From NCBI RefSeq assembly GCF_053078305.1, contig NZ_CP166879.1: DNA of 64,000 nt; one strand, given 5' to 3'. Below the pieces are notes generated by a model. That model was not told the DNA's origin, did not search any database, and worked only from the letters and a program-made list of their open reading frames with translations. The translations under genes were made by a program, and so were the position numbers. Below, piece by piece: positions 41,745-51,908 of the stretch; within the stretch, counting starts at the first letter, position 1, and each line of letters opens with the position of its first letter.

Positions 41745-42351
41745 TCTCTGGTCCTCCCGTTTTGCTGCCTTCACCGTTATCGTGATGCACATGACCTGAA
41801 TAGGCGATCCCGGCAATAACCGCTTCGGACATCGTGAACGTCCCCTGTGATCTTCCGGTGCCGTCAATGGACACATTGCCTTTGACATGCAGGTTCTTAT
41901 CCACTGTGACATTACCGGTAAAGTGAGCCTCCGGTGTATCCACCTGAACACCTTCATCGGCGTAAATCTCCAGCGTCTTACAGGTCACAATGATCCGGCC
42001 GTTCTTTGTCAGACGTATACGGTGCCCCTCATGGTGATACACGCCGGTATCTCCGGCGGTAAGTCCGGTCGGGCGACTGCGGCGGTCTTCCACCACAAGC
42101 ACCACGGCCTGATCCCGTTGTCCGCCAGCACAGGCCAGAAAAACTTCCGCACCAGGCAGGGGGACGCTGATTTGCCCGTACTGCTGGGGGCGCTCAACGT
42201 CATCAAAGGTTTCACCATCCATACAGGTGATTTGCACATTCTGGATTTTCAGCGTGTCCGTTGTGCCGGTCAGTACACCACGCCCGAACAGCAGACGAAC
42301 ACCCCGCATCACGGGGGCCAGAAGGCGGCTGATGACTTCGTCATTCATCAT
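41737..42351 (-). CDS. baseplate assembly protein V / spike (Mu gp45-like)
   Basis: 204-aa ORF; gpV-like. Confidence 0.75.
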   Translation of the reverse strand: MMNDEVISRLLAPVMRGVRLLFGRGVLTGTTDTLKIQNVQITCMDGETFDDVERPQQYGQISVPLPGAEVFLACAGGQRDQAVVLVVEDRRSRPTGLTAGDTGVYHHEGHRIRLTKNGRIIVTCKTLEIYADEGVQVDTPEAHFTGNVTVDKNLHVKGNVSIDGTGRSQGTFTMSEAVIAGIAYSGHVHHDNGEGSKTGGPENG

Positions 42352-43465
42352 TGAATTTAATCCCCTGTTTTTTCATCTGTGCCCGCACGAAGGCGTCCAC
42401 GTCACCCGCATTTCCGCTTCCGCTGTTTCCCGGCTCTGCCGGAACAATAAAGCCGTCACGGGGTGCCAGAATCAGACGGGTGGTTTCGCCGTGATTTGCA
42501 TCCAGCGAAAACTCCACCTGACAGACAAGAAGATCACGCTCTTCCACTCCGGTGCGGGGAGCCGTGACAGCCGTCAGCAGGTTGATATCCCACAACTGGC
42601 CGTTCTCCCGAAACCAGTGCCGCACGGTGGCTGTCAGGCGCACAGAGCGGGCAACCGCCCGGCGCATTTCCCGGACAGCCCTCTGGCGTGCACCGTCTGC
42701 ATCAACAGCATGATCCGCCAGCACAATTTTCGGTCTGTAACGGTGGATGGCACTGTCTGTCACCGTACCAACGGGTGCGGCCAGCGTTCCGGCTGTCAGT
42801 GCATCCCCGGCATGACCACCACCACGCCCGTGCCCCCGTACACGGTATTCACTGTGGCGCAGACGGTGATCCACGTTGTGATCCAAATCCAGCAGATTTT
42901 CGCCCAGCGTCAGCGTGTCGCCACGCTGACTGCCGGCCTGAGTGAAAACCAGTTCACCGGCGGCATTACTGGTTACCAGGACGCCTCTGTGTCTCGCGGC
43001 CCGTGTCAGCGCATCTGCCACGGTTTCTGAGTTTTCCAGTGTGAAGGTGGAAAAGGGCCGGGCTGCCGTTGCATCATTTACCTGCCAGCGCACCGTGACC
43101 CCGAACGGAGCACACAAATCTGAAGCAATGTGCTCCAGCGTGCGGTTCCTCCACTGGCTGCCCGGATGAATGGCTGAACAGTCCACCAGGTCACCGGTTT
43201 TATCCCGTCCGCTGAGCGTGATCTGAAAACGCGTGGCGCTGATGCGCTGCCGGACCTGATCCAGCCAGCCAGTGATCACAGGCTGACCGTCAATGCGCAA
43301 TTCCAGAGACTGACCGGCACGGACGGATGACGGAAGGCGTACACCTGGCATCATTACCCCCAGTTCAAAGGAGCCCGCCAGATGTTCAAGAGAGCGACGA
43401 ACACTCACCGTCAGCCAGCCGGAAAAAATCTCACCGCCCAGATACAGTTCAACCCTGCTGCTCAC
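42341..43465 (-). CDS. Mu gp44 / P2 gpD-like tail protein
   Basis: 374-aa ORF; synteny. Confidence 0.7.
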   Translation of the reverse strand: MSSRVELYLGGEIFSGWLTVSVRRSLEHLAGSFELGVMMPGVRLPSSVRAGQSLELRIDGQPVITGWLDQVRQRISATRFQITLSGRDKTGDLVDCSAIHPGSQWRNRTLEHIASDLCAPFGVTVRWQVNDATAARPFSTFTLENSETVADALTRAARHRGVLVTSNAAGELVFTQAGSQRGDTLTLGENLLDLDHNVDHRLRHSEYRVRGHGRGGGHAGDALTAGTLAAPVGTVTDSAIHRYRPKIVLADHAVDADGARQRAVREMRRAVARSVRLTATVRHWFRENGQLWDINLLTAVTAPRTGVEERDLLVCQVEFSLDANHGETTRLILAPRDGFIVPAEPGNSGSGNAGDVDAFVRAQMKKQGIKFNDE

Positions 43466-44819
43466 TAATCACCTCCACTGAATGGCCTCCGGGAATGAAC
43501 AGCGGATCAACAATACCGTTACGGCGCACAAAACGTTGCCAGCCGGTACTGTTCCCGGTGGCACGGTACAGGGTCACCAGTGCAGGCTCGGTGGTACGTA
43601 CAGTCACTACTGTTGCACCGGATAGCTGAACTCCCCGTGTATTCAGATCCTCTGTCAGTGCCAGTCTGGCATCACGAAGCGTCAGCGCCGTGGCGGTATA
43701 CCCCTGCCCGGACAGTGTCATCACCTGCCGTTCGAGCGCTTCGCTTAAGTCACGGTTAATGCGCTGAAGATCAACTGAACTTTCCAGCCAGACAGGCCAG
43801 GTACGGTGGGCTGCGTCACTGTCCGGCAGGGTTTCCTGACTGAGAACCTGATCCAGCAGTTTTCCCACGGTCTGTGCCTGGGCCACCACGGCAGCACTCT
43901 GCATTACCGCCCGTATCAGACGAATATTCTTTTGTGCTGCCGGTGTCAGACCGATGAGAGTCTGCGGATTATCCTGCTCATCCAGCACGTAACGCAGGGA
44001 AGATAATGTCCTGTACAGTTGCGGCATTCCCTGAGAGACGGCGGATGTCGTCCGGCCGATACTGCCACCGGGCCGGGTATTCAGGCCTCCTGAAGACAGT
44101 GACGGCAGCGATGGCAGGGTGATCAGGGCACTGAAAAGCCCCGCAAAAGATGAGGCCATGCGGGAAGGTGCTGTCAGTAATGCCGTGGCATTCCCTTTCA
44201 GCGCCGTGAACGTGGCAGTAAAGGCACTGATATCCTGTACAATCCCCATGCCGGAAACGGCATTTTCCAGGGCGGACACCTTATCGCTGATGGTTTCGGT
44301 CATTGCCTGGACATCGTGCATTCCGTCAGAAATCACCGTCCAGCCCGCTTCCAGGGTTTCAAAAACCTGCCCGAGCGCGGTGGTACTCTTCTGCTCCAGA
44401 ATGGCGGCCGTGTCCTGTGTGACAGCAGGTGCAGTATCATCACTTACCGGCGTGACATTAATGGTGAACTCAACCACGCCCTGTTCAGCGGCGTTATAAC
44501 GACTTTCAAAGCTGTTTATCAGCACATTTAACGTGCCGTAATCCGGGTGAAGCAGCTCCCCGGCACCGGGAGCACGAAGGGCATCACGCAGACGATTTCG
44601 CTGCGTCTGAACATCATCCCCCATCACAAGTACACTGAACGTAAATTCAGCCAGTTTAGGTCCCAGATCGTCTGCCCCACCGGTTTCCCGTAACGGATAT
44701 TCCCGACGGACAATGTTTCGCCCGCCACGTTCGCGCTGCTCACGCCAGACGAGGAACGGCACACCACGGAACGCACCACGACCGTCACCAGAGGCCATAA
44801 TTCCCTCCGTTCCAGACAT
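43449..44819 (-). CDS. Mu gp43-like (DNA circulation protein family) tail protein
   Basis: 456-aa ORF between tape measure and gp44. Confidence 0.7.
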   Translation of the reverse strand: MSGTEGIMASGDGRGAFRGVPFLVWREQRERGGRNIVRREYPLRETGGADDLGPKLAEFTFSVLVMGDDVQTQRNRLRDALRAPGAGELLHPDYGTLNVLINSFESRYNAAEQGVVEFTINVTPVSDDTAPAVTQDTAAILEQKSTTALGQVFETLEAGWTVISDGMHDVQAMTETISDKVSALENAVSGMGIVQDISAFTATFTALKGNATALLTAPSRMASSFAGLFSALITLPSLPSLSSGGLNTRPGGSIGRTTSAVSQGMPQLYRTLSSLRYVLDEQDNPQTLIGLTPAAQKNIRLIRAVMQSAAVVAQAQTVGKLLDQVLSQETLPDSDAAHRTWPVWLESSVDLQRINRDLSEALERQVMTLSGQGYTATALTLRDARLALTEDLNTRGVQLSGATVVTVRTTEPALVTLYRATGNSTGWQRFVRRNGIVDPLFIPGGHSVEVISEQQG

Positions 44820-46854
44820 TCACATCCAGTCCGTGACCGGACGTGTCATCAATATCAATACTGCGAGCCTGCCACCCTTCCGGGGCAACCAGCTCCACAC
44901 GGGCAGAGGCTTTTTGTACCGCCTGTCCACTGCTTTCATCATCACTGCCCCGTAATTTCTGCCAGGCTTCAGTCAGCCACCCCCCCAGATAGTTACCGAG
45001 ATAGCTGCCCACCGTGGAACCAATGGCAATCCCCACAGGTCCGGCTGCCGCCCCCAGCGCACCACCGGCAATACTGCCTGCAAGAGAGCCGACCGCTTCT
45101 CCCTTGTCTGTGATACTGGCGCTGCCATCCAGCAGAACCGGGGCTGCCATCGCGCCAGCCCACAGGGCACCGCCACCCAGCCGTCCAGCCAGTCCACCGG
45201 CACTGCGGAAAAAGCCGGAGAAACGCCCCAGTCCCATGCGGTTACCGGCAGACGAAAGCAACCCACCGGCGCGCCCCATCATGCGCCCCCAGAACCCTGA
45301 CCCACCAGAAGAGGGCGACGGTGGCACAGGGGACGGTGGCAGGGGAGGCGTGACCGGTCTTCCGCGCCCCGGTCCGCGTTTCCTGCGACCCCGCCCCTGA
45401 CGTCCGCCTGAGGATGTATCGGTCGCGCCGGTGCCGGACAGCCCTCCTGCGGGCCAGTTTGTTACAAGCACTGGCTGAACGGCTGCCGGATTTACCCCGG
45501 TAAGAAAGTTTATAAAGCGCTGGCCGCGTCCTGGCGGCGTTCCCGGTACGGTAGTTTGTGGTTTGCGGAAAGGAGAGGTCAGCACGGCCGCCGCGGATAA
45601 TCCGTACCCCAACAATGCCGCTCCTGGTCGCAGTGCTCCCAGCCCGATTGCGCGGACTACCTTCAGTGCACGGGTGGCGAGATACATGTACAGCAGGTAT
45701 TTCGCGGCGGTCTGTGCCCCCTGACCAATGCGATCCAGCGCATCACCATAGCCCGCATCCCGCAGAGCCTGAAGCGTGTCGCGTACCTTTCTGATCGCCT
45801 GATAAAACCCTGTCACTGCATCACGGGCATACTCAAAGCCCTGGTTCATGGCTGATGCTGTGCTTTCCGCCAGGGAATGGTAACTGCCATCAGATTTGGC
45901 ACTGTCAACCCATGAAAGAAATCCCCTGAGATTACCCTTCAGTTTTTCAAATGGCCCACTGTCCATCACATCCCGGGCAAACTGATCCCAGACGTCACCC
46001 ATCATGGCCGTCAGGCCACTCCAGGAATTCATTGCGTCCTTTTGTGCTCCCCTGGCCTGTTCCGCCAGCGTCTGAAATAACAGGCGAATACTGTCCGGCC
46101 CAAGCAGCCCTTTTTCACCAAGTTTTCTGACCACTTTCTGGTCCACACCCAGACGATCAGCCAGCACGCGGTAGGCATTAATGCCGTAGGTGGCAAGAAT
46201 ATTTGCATCCGCCGCCTGAATACTGCCTCTTGCATACATCTGTTTCAGTTGCAGGGATGCCCCCTGTGCATCGGACAGTGACCAGCCGCCCACGGCACCC
46301 TGATCCTGAAGCATGGTGACAAAATTTCGGGCCTCCCTGTCACTCATACCAAAGCCCAGACTGGACGTATATTCCTGCATGACGCCAGCCAGCCCCCAGG
46401 TGGTTTCCTTCGCATTCTGTATTGCCCACCTGCGGACATCATCCGTTTTCGCCCGATCCCCTTTGTAAAGGGAGTTCAGGCGAATCATATAGGTTTCCAT
46501 CTCCGCTGCCGGGCGAATAAATCCCCGGTTAAAGCCATATACAGCAGCACCACCGGCCAGCATTCCGTAAAGATTGCTGATCCGCCCGATGGTGCCGGTA
46601 ATACTGCCCTGAAGACGGTCAAAATCAGAAGTAACATGGCGGATACTGCCCCGCACCCCGGCCAGCGTGCGCTGCATCCTGCTTCCGAGTACATCTGTTT
46701 CCTGCCCGGCACGGCGGGCAGCATTTCCCAGACCACCCAGCCCCGCCTGGCCGGAGTGTGAGAATGCCCCCAGCTCCTGAGACCACTGGCGGGATTTGGC
46801 TGAGATATTGCCGAGCAAATCAACTATCAGAGATGCTCTGAGATTTCGGGCCAT
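44785..46854 (-). CDS. tail tape measure protein (Mu gp42-like)
   Basis: 689-aa ORF with long helical regions and Gly/Pro-rich low-complexity stretch. Confidence 0.8.
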   Translation of the reverse strand: MARNLRASLIVDLLGNISAKSRQWSQELGAFSHSGQAGLGGLGNAARRAGQETDVLGSRMQRTLAGVRGSIRHVTSDFDRLQGSITGTIGRISNLYGMLAGGAAVYGFNRGFIRPAAEMETYMIRLNSLYKGDRAKTDDVRRWAIQNAKETTWGLAGVMQEYTSSLGFGMSDREARNFVTMLQDQGAVGGWSLSDAQGASLQLKQMYARGSIQAADANILATYGINAYRVLADRLGVDQKVVRKLGEKGLLGPDSIRLLFQTLAEQARGAQKDAMNSWSGLTAMMGDVWDQFARDVMDSGPFEKLKGNLRGFLSWVDSAKSDGSYHSLAESTASAMNQGFEYARDAVTGFYQAIRKVRDTLQALRDAGYGDALDRIGQGAQTAAKYLLYMYLATRALKVVRAIGLGALRPGAALLGYGLSAAAVLTSPFRKPQTTVPGTPPGRGQRFINFLTGVNPAAVQPVLVTNWPAGGLSGTGATDTSSGGRQGRGRRKRGPGRGRPVTPPLPPSPVPPSPSSGGSGFWGRMMGRAGGLLSSAGNRMGLGRFSGFFRSAGGLAGRLGGGALWAGAMAAPVLLDGSASITDKGEAVGSLAGSIAGGALGAAAGPVGIAIGSTVGSYLGNYLGGWLTEAWQKLRGSDDESSGQAVQKASARVELVAPEGWQARSIDIDDTSGHGLDVNVWNGGNYGLW

Positions 46855-46856
46855 AC

Positions 46857-47039
46857 TTACTGCTTCGTTCTGATGATTTTTTCTGTCTGTCGGCAGTGCC
46901 GGTAAAGTTGCGACAGGGGGAGGTTAAGCGCCCATTCCGGGCCGCTTTTTGTCACCATCCCCAGGATAATTGCCGCTTCTTCAATCTGATCCCGACACTG
47001 CGCCTGATCGCCCCCGGTCAGCTGCCAGCTTTCCGGCAA
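46857..47039 (-). CDS. overlapping +1-frame ORF downstream of chaperone, candidate frameshift extension
   Basis: Overlaps 3' end of 46981..47475 in +1 frame; G-run CCGGGGGC in overlap. Confidence 0.3.
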   Translation of the reverse strand: MPESWQLTGGDQAQCRDQIEEAAIILGMVTKSGPEWALNLPLSQLYRHCRQTEKIIRTKQ

Positions 47040-47475
47040 GCGCGGTATCCAGCAGGCTGACCGCTGCCATCAGGCGGGAGAGATCGCGCTCGCTTAACTG
47101 TCCAATCTGACGGGGTGACAACGGACCTTCAATGTCTCCCACTTCGGCAATCTGACGGCGCAGCAGTGCAACACCGCGTAACGACGGAGACGCTATCAGC
47201 ATCGGGCCATTGTTTGTCTCCACCACGCGCTCGGCTTCTGCTTCTGCGTCAATACTGTCTTTCGCTGTCAGTTCCCGGAACGTGACACGATATTCACGGG
47301 TCTCACCAAACGGCAGACCATCAAGCAGATCCACATATCCCTTTGCCAGTTGCTCTGTCAGCCCGGCAGTGCGTGGATCAGCCCCCTCAAGTGCTTCCCG
47401 GATTGCCTCCATCACGGCTGCCTCGGAAACTGCCGTTTTTTTCTTACGTGTGGTCATTTTATTTTTCCTGATCAC
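46981..47475 (-). CDS. tail assembly chaperone (Mu gp41-like)
   Basis: 164-aa acidic ORF between tail tube and tape measure. Confidence 0.6.
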   Translation of the reverse strand: MIRKNKMTTRKKKTAVSEAAVMEAIREALEGADPRTAGLTEQLAKGYVDLLDGLPFGETREYRVTFRELTAKDSIDAEAEAERVVETNNGPMLIASPSLRGVALLRRQIAEVGDIEGPLSPRQIGQLSERDLSRLMAAVSLLDTALAGKLAADRGRSGAVSGSD

Positions 47476-47837
47476 TGAACACGGGTACTGGTGGCGCTGG
47501 CGAACTTCACGGAGATCTCCCCGCCACCGTCAAGCGAGGCCGGTTCACTGCTCCAGGCCTTCGTCATCATGTGGACTTCGCCGGTATCCGCCACAAACTC
47601 GATAGTGACCGCAGTCCAGTTGTTGATTTCATCAGCGGCTGGTGAGCCTTCTCCGCCTGCCGGAAATTTGCAGTCCAGCGTCGCTTCACGTGGTTTCTGG
47701 CGGTAACCATAGACTTTCGCGCCTTTCACCACTTCACGTTCAAAACCTGACGGAGAAAATGTAGCCCCCTCAAGCGTCTCGTATTCCTGACCGTTCACAC
47801 GGATAGTGGCCGTGCCCTGATACTGTTTTCCGCTCAT
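47472..47837 (-). CDS. tail tube protein (Mu gp40-like)
   Basis: 121-aa ORF directly after sheath. Confidence 0.7.
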   Translation of the reverse strand: MSGKQYQGTATIRVNGQEYETLEGATFSPSGFEREVVKGAKVYGYRQKPREATLDCKFPAGGEGSPAADEINNWTAVTIEFVADTGEVHMMTKAWSSEPASLDGGGEISVKFASATSTRVQ

Positions 47838-47845
47838 GCCTTACC

Positions 47846-49348
47846 TCACAAAATGAAACGGATCTGTGCTGCCAGGAAGCGGAACTGGTTAACCAGATCC
47901 GGCGTGCATAACACGTCAAGACGGTTTCGATCTGACGCATTACGCTCCACAAGCAGATTCTTTTTAAAGGTGTCCAGATTTTCGACCAGCCCGAGTTCCA
48001 CCCACTCTTCACCCAGCGAAATTAACTGAAGCTTCATGATCTCCGGTGTCACGATATTCTGACCGGCACGAACGGGCGTCCCGTCATCAGCCAGTTTATG
48101 GCGCGGAAAACGTTGTGTGATAAAAGTACGCAGGGAATAACGCAGCCAGGAGAGGGTGTAGATGGTTTCCACATCCAGATAGCTGGGATCACTTTCGCCG
48201 TACACGTTCTGGCGATACATGGTCACCTGACGTTCGATCTGAACCACATCACCGGCAGCCACACTGACCGTGGCAATCCCTCCCCACAGCAGACTGTTAC
48301 GCTCTTCACGCGTCAGACGATCGGCCGGAGCCGGGGCCATGCGTGACGGAAGCGCCAGCGTCTGAAGCGGACGCGCAGGATCTGCTCCCAGAGAGGGTGC
48401 ACAGGTGGCGCAGACCGCCGCGGCCCAGAGGTAATCCGGTTCAGGGGCTTTGGGAATGGATGTGCAGGTCGCCAGAAAATCATTGCGTTTTGCCCCGAAT
48501 GCCTGCACCTCACCAAACGTGCCGGTATGTGCCAGCCACAGCACGCCGTCAGACATTTTGGCCGGTCCCCAGCGTTTCAGAAGCTCATCACTGATGATTT
48601 TCAGGTTTGCATCATCCTTATAGGGCATGACGACATAGTTGTACTGGCGATCGCCCATACCCGCCACGCTTCGGGTGATATCCGGGTTAGCCGCTTTTTG
48701 TTTCGGATAGGCTATAGCGACCTGTATTCCTTCCGGGGTTGCTTCCCCGTCGTGATAGTTCAGGCGCACATCATGCACGGAGCATTCACCGGTAAACCGG
48801 GCGGTGATCCCCAGAGACCCTTTCAGACCTGCGCCATTATCACCACTTCCTGCACCAGAGGAGGCCGTGAAGGGCGCGTCAGGATCGGCATTGATCAGCG
48901 CGGCCAGCTCGTCGGTCAGTTCTTTGCCTTTCTTACCTTTTGGTGCCGGGAGTGTATAACGTCGCCCCCCCACGCAGGCATAAACAATCCCGTCACGGGT
49001 GACCGTTCCGGTCAGATTCATGGCCGCAGCCGTTGCCTGTCCGGTGCCGTTCCCCTGAGCAATGGCATACAGTTCAGCATCAGGATTGATGGCGATAAAT
49101 TCCGCCACCATCAGGGCAATCATGGAGCCGCGCCCCCAGAGTTCTGTTGCCTGAGACGCACGGGTGATCCTGACCGGAACATCCAGAACACCGGTACCGT
49201 CCACGGCATTCTCTTTCATTCTCGCCTGACCAAACAGCAGTACACACTGACGCTGTGCCGGGGTGCCGGTGACAGCCATGGAGTTATTAAACTCAACCTC
49301 AATCAGCGGTATACGGCGGTCATTACCGATCCCGTCAAAATTAATCAT
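47846..49348 (-). CDS. tail sheath protein (Mu gp39/L-like)
   Basis: 500-aa ORF. Confidence 0.85.
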   Translation of the reverse strand: MINFDGIGNDRRIPLIEVEFNNSMAVTGTPAQRQCVLLFGQARMKENAVDGTGVLDVPVRITRASQATELWGRGSMIALMVAEFIAINPDAELYAIAQGNGTGQATAAAMNLTGTVTRDGIVYACVGGRRYTLPAPKGKKGKELTDELAALINADPDAPFTASSGAGSGDNGAGLKGSLGITARFTGECSVHDVRLNYHDGEATPEGIQVAIAYPKQKAANPDITRSVAGMGDRQYNYVVMPYKDDANLKIISDELLKRWGPAKMSDGVLWLAHTGTFGEVQAFGAKRNDFLATCTSIPKAPEPDYLWAAAVCATCAPSLGADPARPLQTLALPSRMAPAPADRLTREERNSLLWGGIATVSVAAGDVVQIERQVTMYRQNVYGESDPSYLDVETIYTLSWLRYSLRTFITQRFPRHKLADDGTPVRAGQNIVTPEIMKLQLISLGEEWVELGLVENLDTFKKNLLVERNASDRNRLDVLCTPDLVNQFRFLAAQIRFIL

Positions 49349-49590
49349 TGCGGTTTCTCCTTATCGGATGCCGGTTGGGCGACCGGTTTTTCTGTCGCAG
49401 TCGTTGCATCCGCAGATACAGCCGGAGCCTCTTCAGCGGCTTTTTCAGCCTGAATGACATCGCCGTCATCAAGACGCCGACACCAGAACGGCGTGAAGGG
49501 CTTTTCCTCCCCCTCCTGTGCCAGCGGGCGCATTGTGTCGGGATCACGAATCAGGCGTCCCGGCGCGGGTTTGATAAAGATGGTTTTCAT
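49345..49590 (-). CDS. Mu gp38-like small protein
   Basis: 81-aa ORF; synteny only. Confidence 0.5.
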   Translation of the reverse strand: MKTIFIKPAPGRLIRDPDTMRPLAQEGEEKPFTPFWCRRLDDGDVIQAEKAAEEAPAVSADATTATEKPVAQPASDKEKPQ

Positions 49591-50151
49591 TTACAGTTCC
49601 TCCGGCGGTTCGACCGCCGTTGTCGTGTTCCCCGGCAAATCAATATGTGCCTCAAACGGCAGCGTACCGGGCGGCTCCACAAAGGTTTCGTAATGACGCA
49701 GGAAGTCGTCCAGCGAGCTGATATCCGTCAGTGGCGCGATCATTTCCTCGCAGGAGAAATAAAGCGCATACATCACCGCACCACTGTCCGCCTGGGTTTC
49801 AGTGTAACCGTTGACCGCCTTTTCAAAGTAAAGCGGTGAGGTTTTTTCTGTTCTGAAGCCGTTAAGCACGGCAATCAGCCGGGCCACAATCTGATACAGT
49901 CCGGGACGGCTGGCCTCACGCCCGTTGAGCATGTCGCCGATGACGTAGAACACCCAGTGACTGACCAGGCGACCACGGGTACGGCCTTCACCGGCACCCA
50001 GCCAGGCAACGTAGATCGCCGGGGCGTTAATCAGCATGGTGCGCAGTACGCTGTCGCTCCAGTCGCCGGGATGCGTGTCAACAGACACAAGTTCATTCCC
50101 GAAATACTCACGGATACGGGCGATGTATGCCTGTTCGGTTTCCGTAATCAT
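49591..50151 (-). CDS. Mu gp37-like protein
   Basis: 186-aa ORF; synteny. Confidence 0.55.
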   Translation of the reverse strand: MITETEQAYIARIREYFGNELVSVDTHPGDWSDSVLRTMLINAPAIYVAWLGAGEGRTRGRLVSHWVFYVIGDMLNGREASRPGLYQIVARLIAVLNGFRTEKTSPLYFEKAVNGYTETQADSGAVMYALYFSCEEMIAPLTDISSLDDFLRHYETFVEPPGTLPFEAHIDLPGNTTTAVEPPEEL

Positions 50152-50567
50152 ATGAAGCCCTTCTGGTTGCGCCCGAATACCGCTGCATCAGACTGAACCT
50201 GTGGTAAATCCCCGGATTCAGGGGCCGCTCCGTTCGTATCCACACCTACCGGCACATTGCCGTTCATGACATCTTTCAGCCAGGCCAGCGCCTCACGGTA
50301 ACGGTCACGCGCCTGATCGGAGGCTCGCTGATCGCACAGGTAATAAAAGGCAATCGCGCAACAGTGCTGAACAAGAACAGCCGGGATAACCTCCAGCGGC
50401 AGCGTGTAACGGGCGGACAGATAGCTGTCGATAAGGGCTGACGCATCTGTCAGCGCCCGGTTCAGCTTGCGCATGTCCGGCTCATCCGAACGGGGCACAG
50501 CCAGTAACGGCCTGAGCAAATCCTCGCGGTAACGCGCCCGCATATCGGTTTCAGTGGCGTAATTCAT
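50148..50567 (-). CDS. Mu gp36-like protein
   Basis: 139-aa ORF; synteny. Confidence 0.55.
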   Translation of the reverse strand: MNYATETDMRARYREDLLRPLLAVPRSDEPDMRKLNRALTDASALIDSYLSARYTLPLEVIPAVLVQHCCAIAFYYLCDQRASDQARDRYREALAWLKDVMNGNVPVGVDTNGAAPESGDLPQVQSDAAVFGRNQKGFI

Positions 50568-50917
50568 GCGCGGGCCTTTTTCGCCTGTTTCGCTTTGTTA
50601 CCGGTCTTTTTCCGGGGAGCATCCTGTCCGGCTTCGGCTAAATCTGTACCGGCCACTGCATGAACCACACCCGCCACGCTCCCCGCATCATCAGCAGACG
50701 TCTGTAGTATTCGCACAGTGAGGCATGGCTCCGCCTCCAGTCGGGCAAGCTGCTCCGGGGTGACCTCAACCTGCTGACGTCCACGCGTGAACAGGAACCC
50801 CGCACGACGAAACGCCGAACGACTGCAACGCACTTCTGCCAGCACCGTGACAGAATTGTCACCACTGACCTGAAGACCTGAATCATCTGTTGCTGCCACA
50901 GTGTGATGTTCATTCAT
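50564..50917 (-). CDS. Mu gp35-like protein
   Basis: 117-aa ORF; synteny. Confidence 0.5.
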   Translation of the reverse strand: MNEHHTVAATDDSGLQVSGDNSVTVLAEVRCSRSAFRRAGFLFTRGRQQVEVTPEQLARLEAEPCLTVRILQTSADDAGSVAGVVHAVAGTDLAEAGQDAPRKKTGNKAKQAKKARA

Positions 50918-50960
50918 ATTTGCCCTCCGCAGGGGCCGGGCCGTAAGCCCGGCTCACCAT

Positions 50961-51908
50961 TTACAGATAATCCGCGACAACCAGCTCCAGCTTGCCCTTC
51001 ATCTCGTTAGAGACGGTTGCGTTTCCGTCTGCGAACAGTTCACGCTCCAGCAGCTGCACCGCCTGTTTTTCCAGCGAGGTGGGGACAACAATATGGGTGG
51101 GTTTTATGCCTAATTTGCGGCCACCGTCAGCGGTAAATTCGCGCATGGCTGACCAGCCGTGCCACAGTGCATCCAGCGTCAGCGGTGACTGCATCATGTA
51201 GGCCATCTGCCAGAAGCCGTAGCCCACGTTGTGACGAACGGATGCACCGAACACAAACTCGTTATCAGTGAATGCGCGACCTTCATCAATTTTGGTCTGT
51301 GCAACCAGTTCAACCTTGCGGCGGCTCTGATAGATGATGGGTTTTATTGCACGGGAGCAGTCGAGCAGATACCAGGCCGGTCCGCTGTAATCCGCCTGTG
51401 CACCGACAGAGCCGGTTTTTGCCACAAACATGTTGCTGACCAGCGCCACATCACCGGTACCATCCACATTTGGGTAGACGGGGTGTTCGGTATCAAAGAA
51501 GTTCTGACCGTCGTAACACGCACTTTTCAGACCATCACGCAGAGCAGCAAATACAAGCTCATCCGGCTGAACAGCAGCGGCACGACCAAGCTCCTGAAAT
51601 AAAGGCGAGTAAATACCGAGATTATCGTCCTCAAAATCATCACGATTAACAGGGACGGTATCTTCCCAGGTCTTGTTTACAATGGAATAACCGTGCGCTT
51701 TCATTTTCTGGATCACACGAGAACCAATCCACTCACGAAAATGAGGCGCATGCCCCAGCCAGCCGTAGGTGTTGGATTTCGATGTGGAGGGCACGGTCAT
51801 CGCAATTTTTTTGTACTGCGACGGGGCCATGGACATCCCGGCCTGAAAATCAGAACGGTAGCCCGTCATCAGGGCGGTGATCATCGCCGGTGTAATCGGG
51901 GTAGGCAT
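50961..51908 (-). CDS. major capsid protein (Mu T-like)
   Basis: 315-aa ORF; gene order after I. Confidence 0.85.
   Translation of the reverse strand: MPTPITPAMITALMTGYRSDFQAGMSMAPSQYKKIAMTVPSTSKSNTYGWLGHAPHFREWIGSRVIQKMKAHGYSIVNKTWEDTVPVNRDDFEDDNLGIYSPLFQELGRAAAVQPDELVFAALRDGLKSACYDGQNFFDTEHPVYPNVDGTGDVALVSNMFVAKTGSVGAQADYSGPAWYLLDCSRAIKPIIYQSRRKVELVAQTKIDEGRAFTDNEFVFGASVRHNVGYGFWQMAYMMQSPLTLDALWHGWSAMREFTADGGRKLGIKPTHIVVPTSLEKQAVQLLERELFADGNATVSNEMKGKLELVVADYL

Noticed and set aside
44973-45400. Gly/Pro/Arg-rich low-complexity ORFs on both strands inside the tape measure gene
   Set aside because: Compositional artefact of the tape measure low-complexity region; not independent genes.
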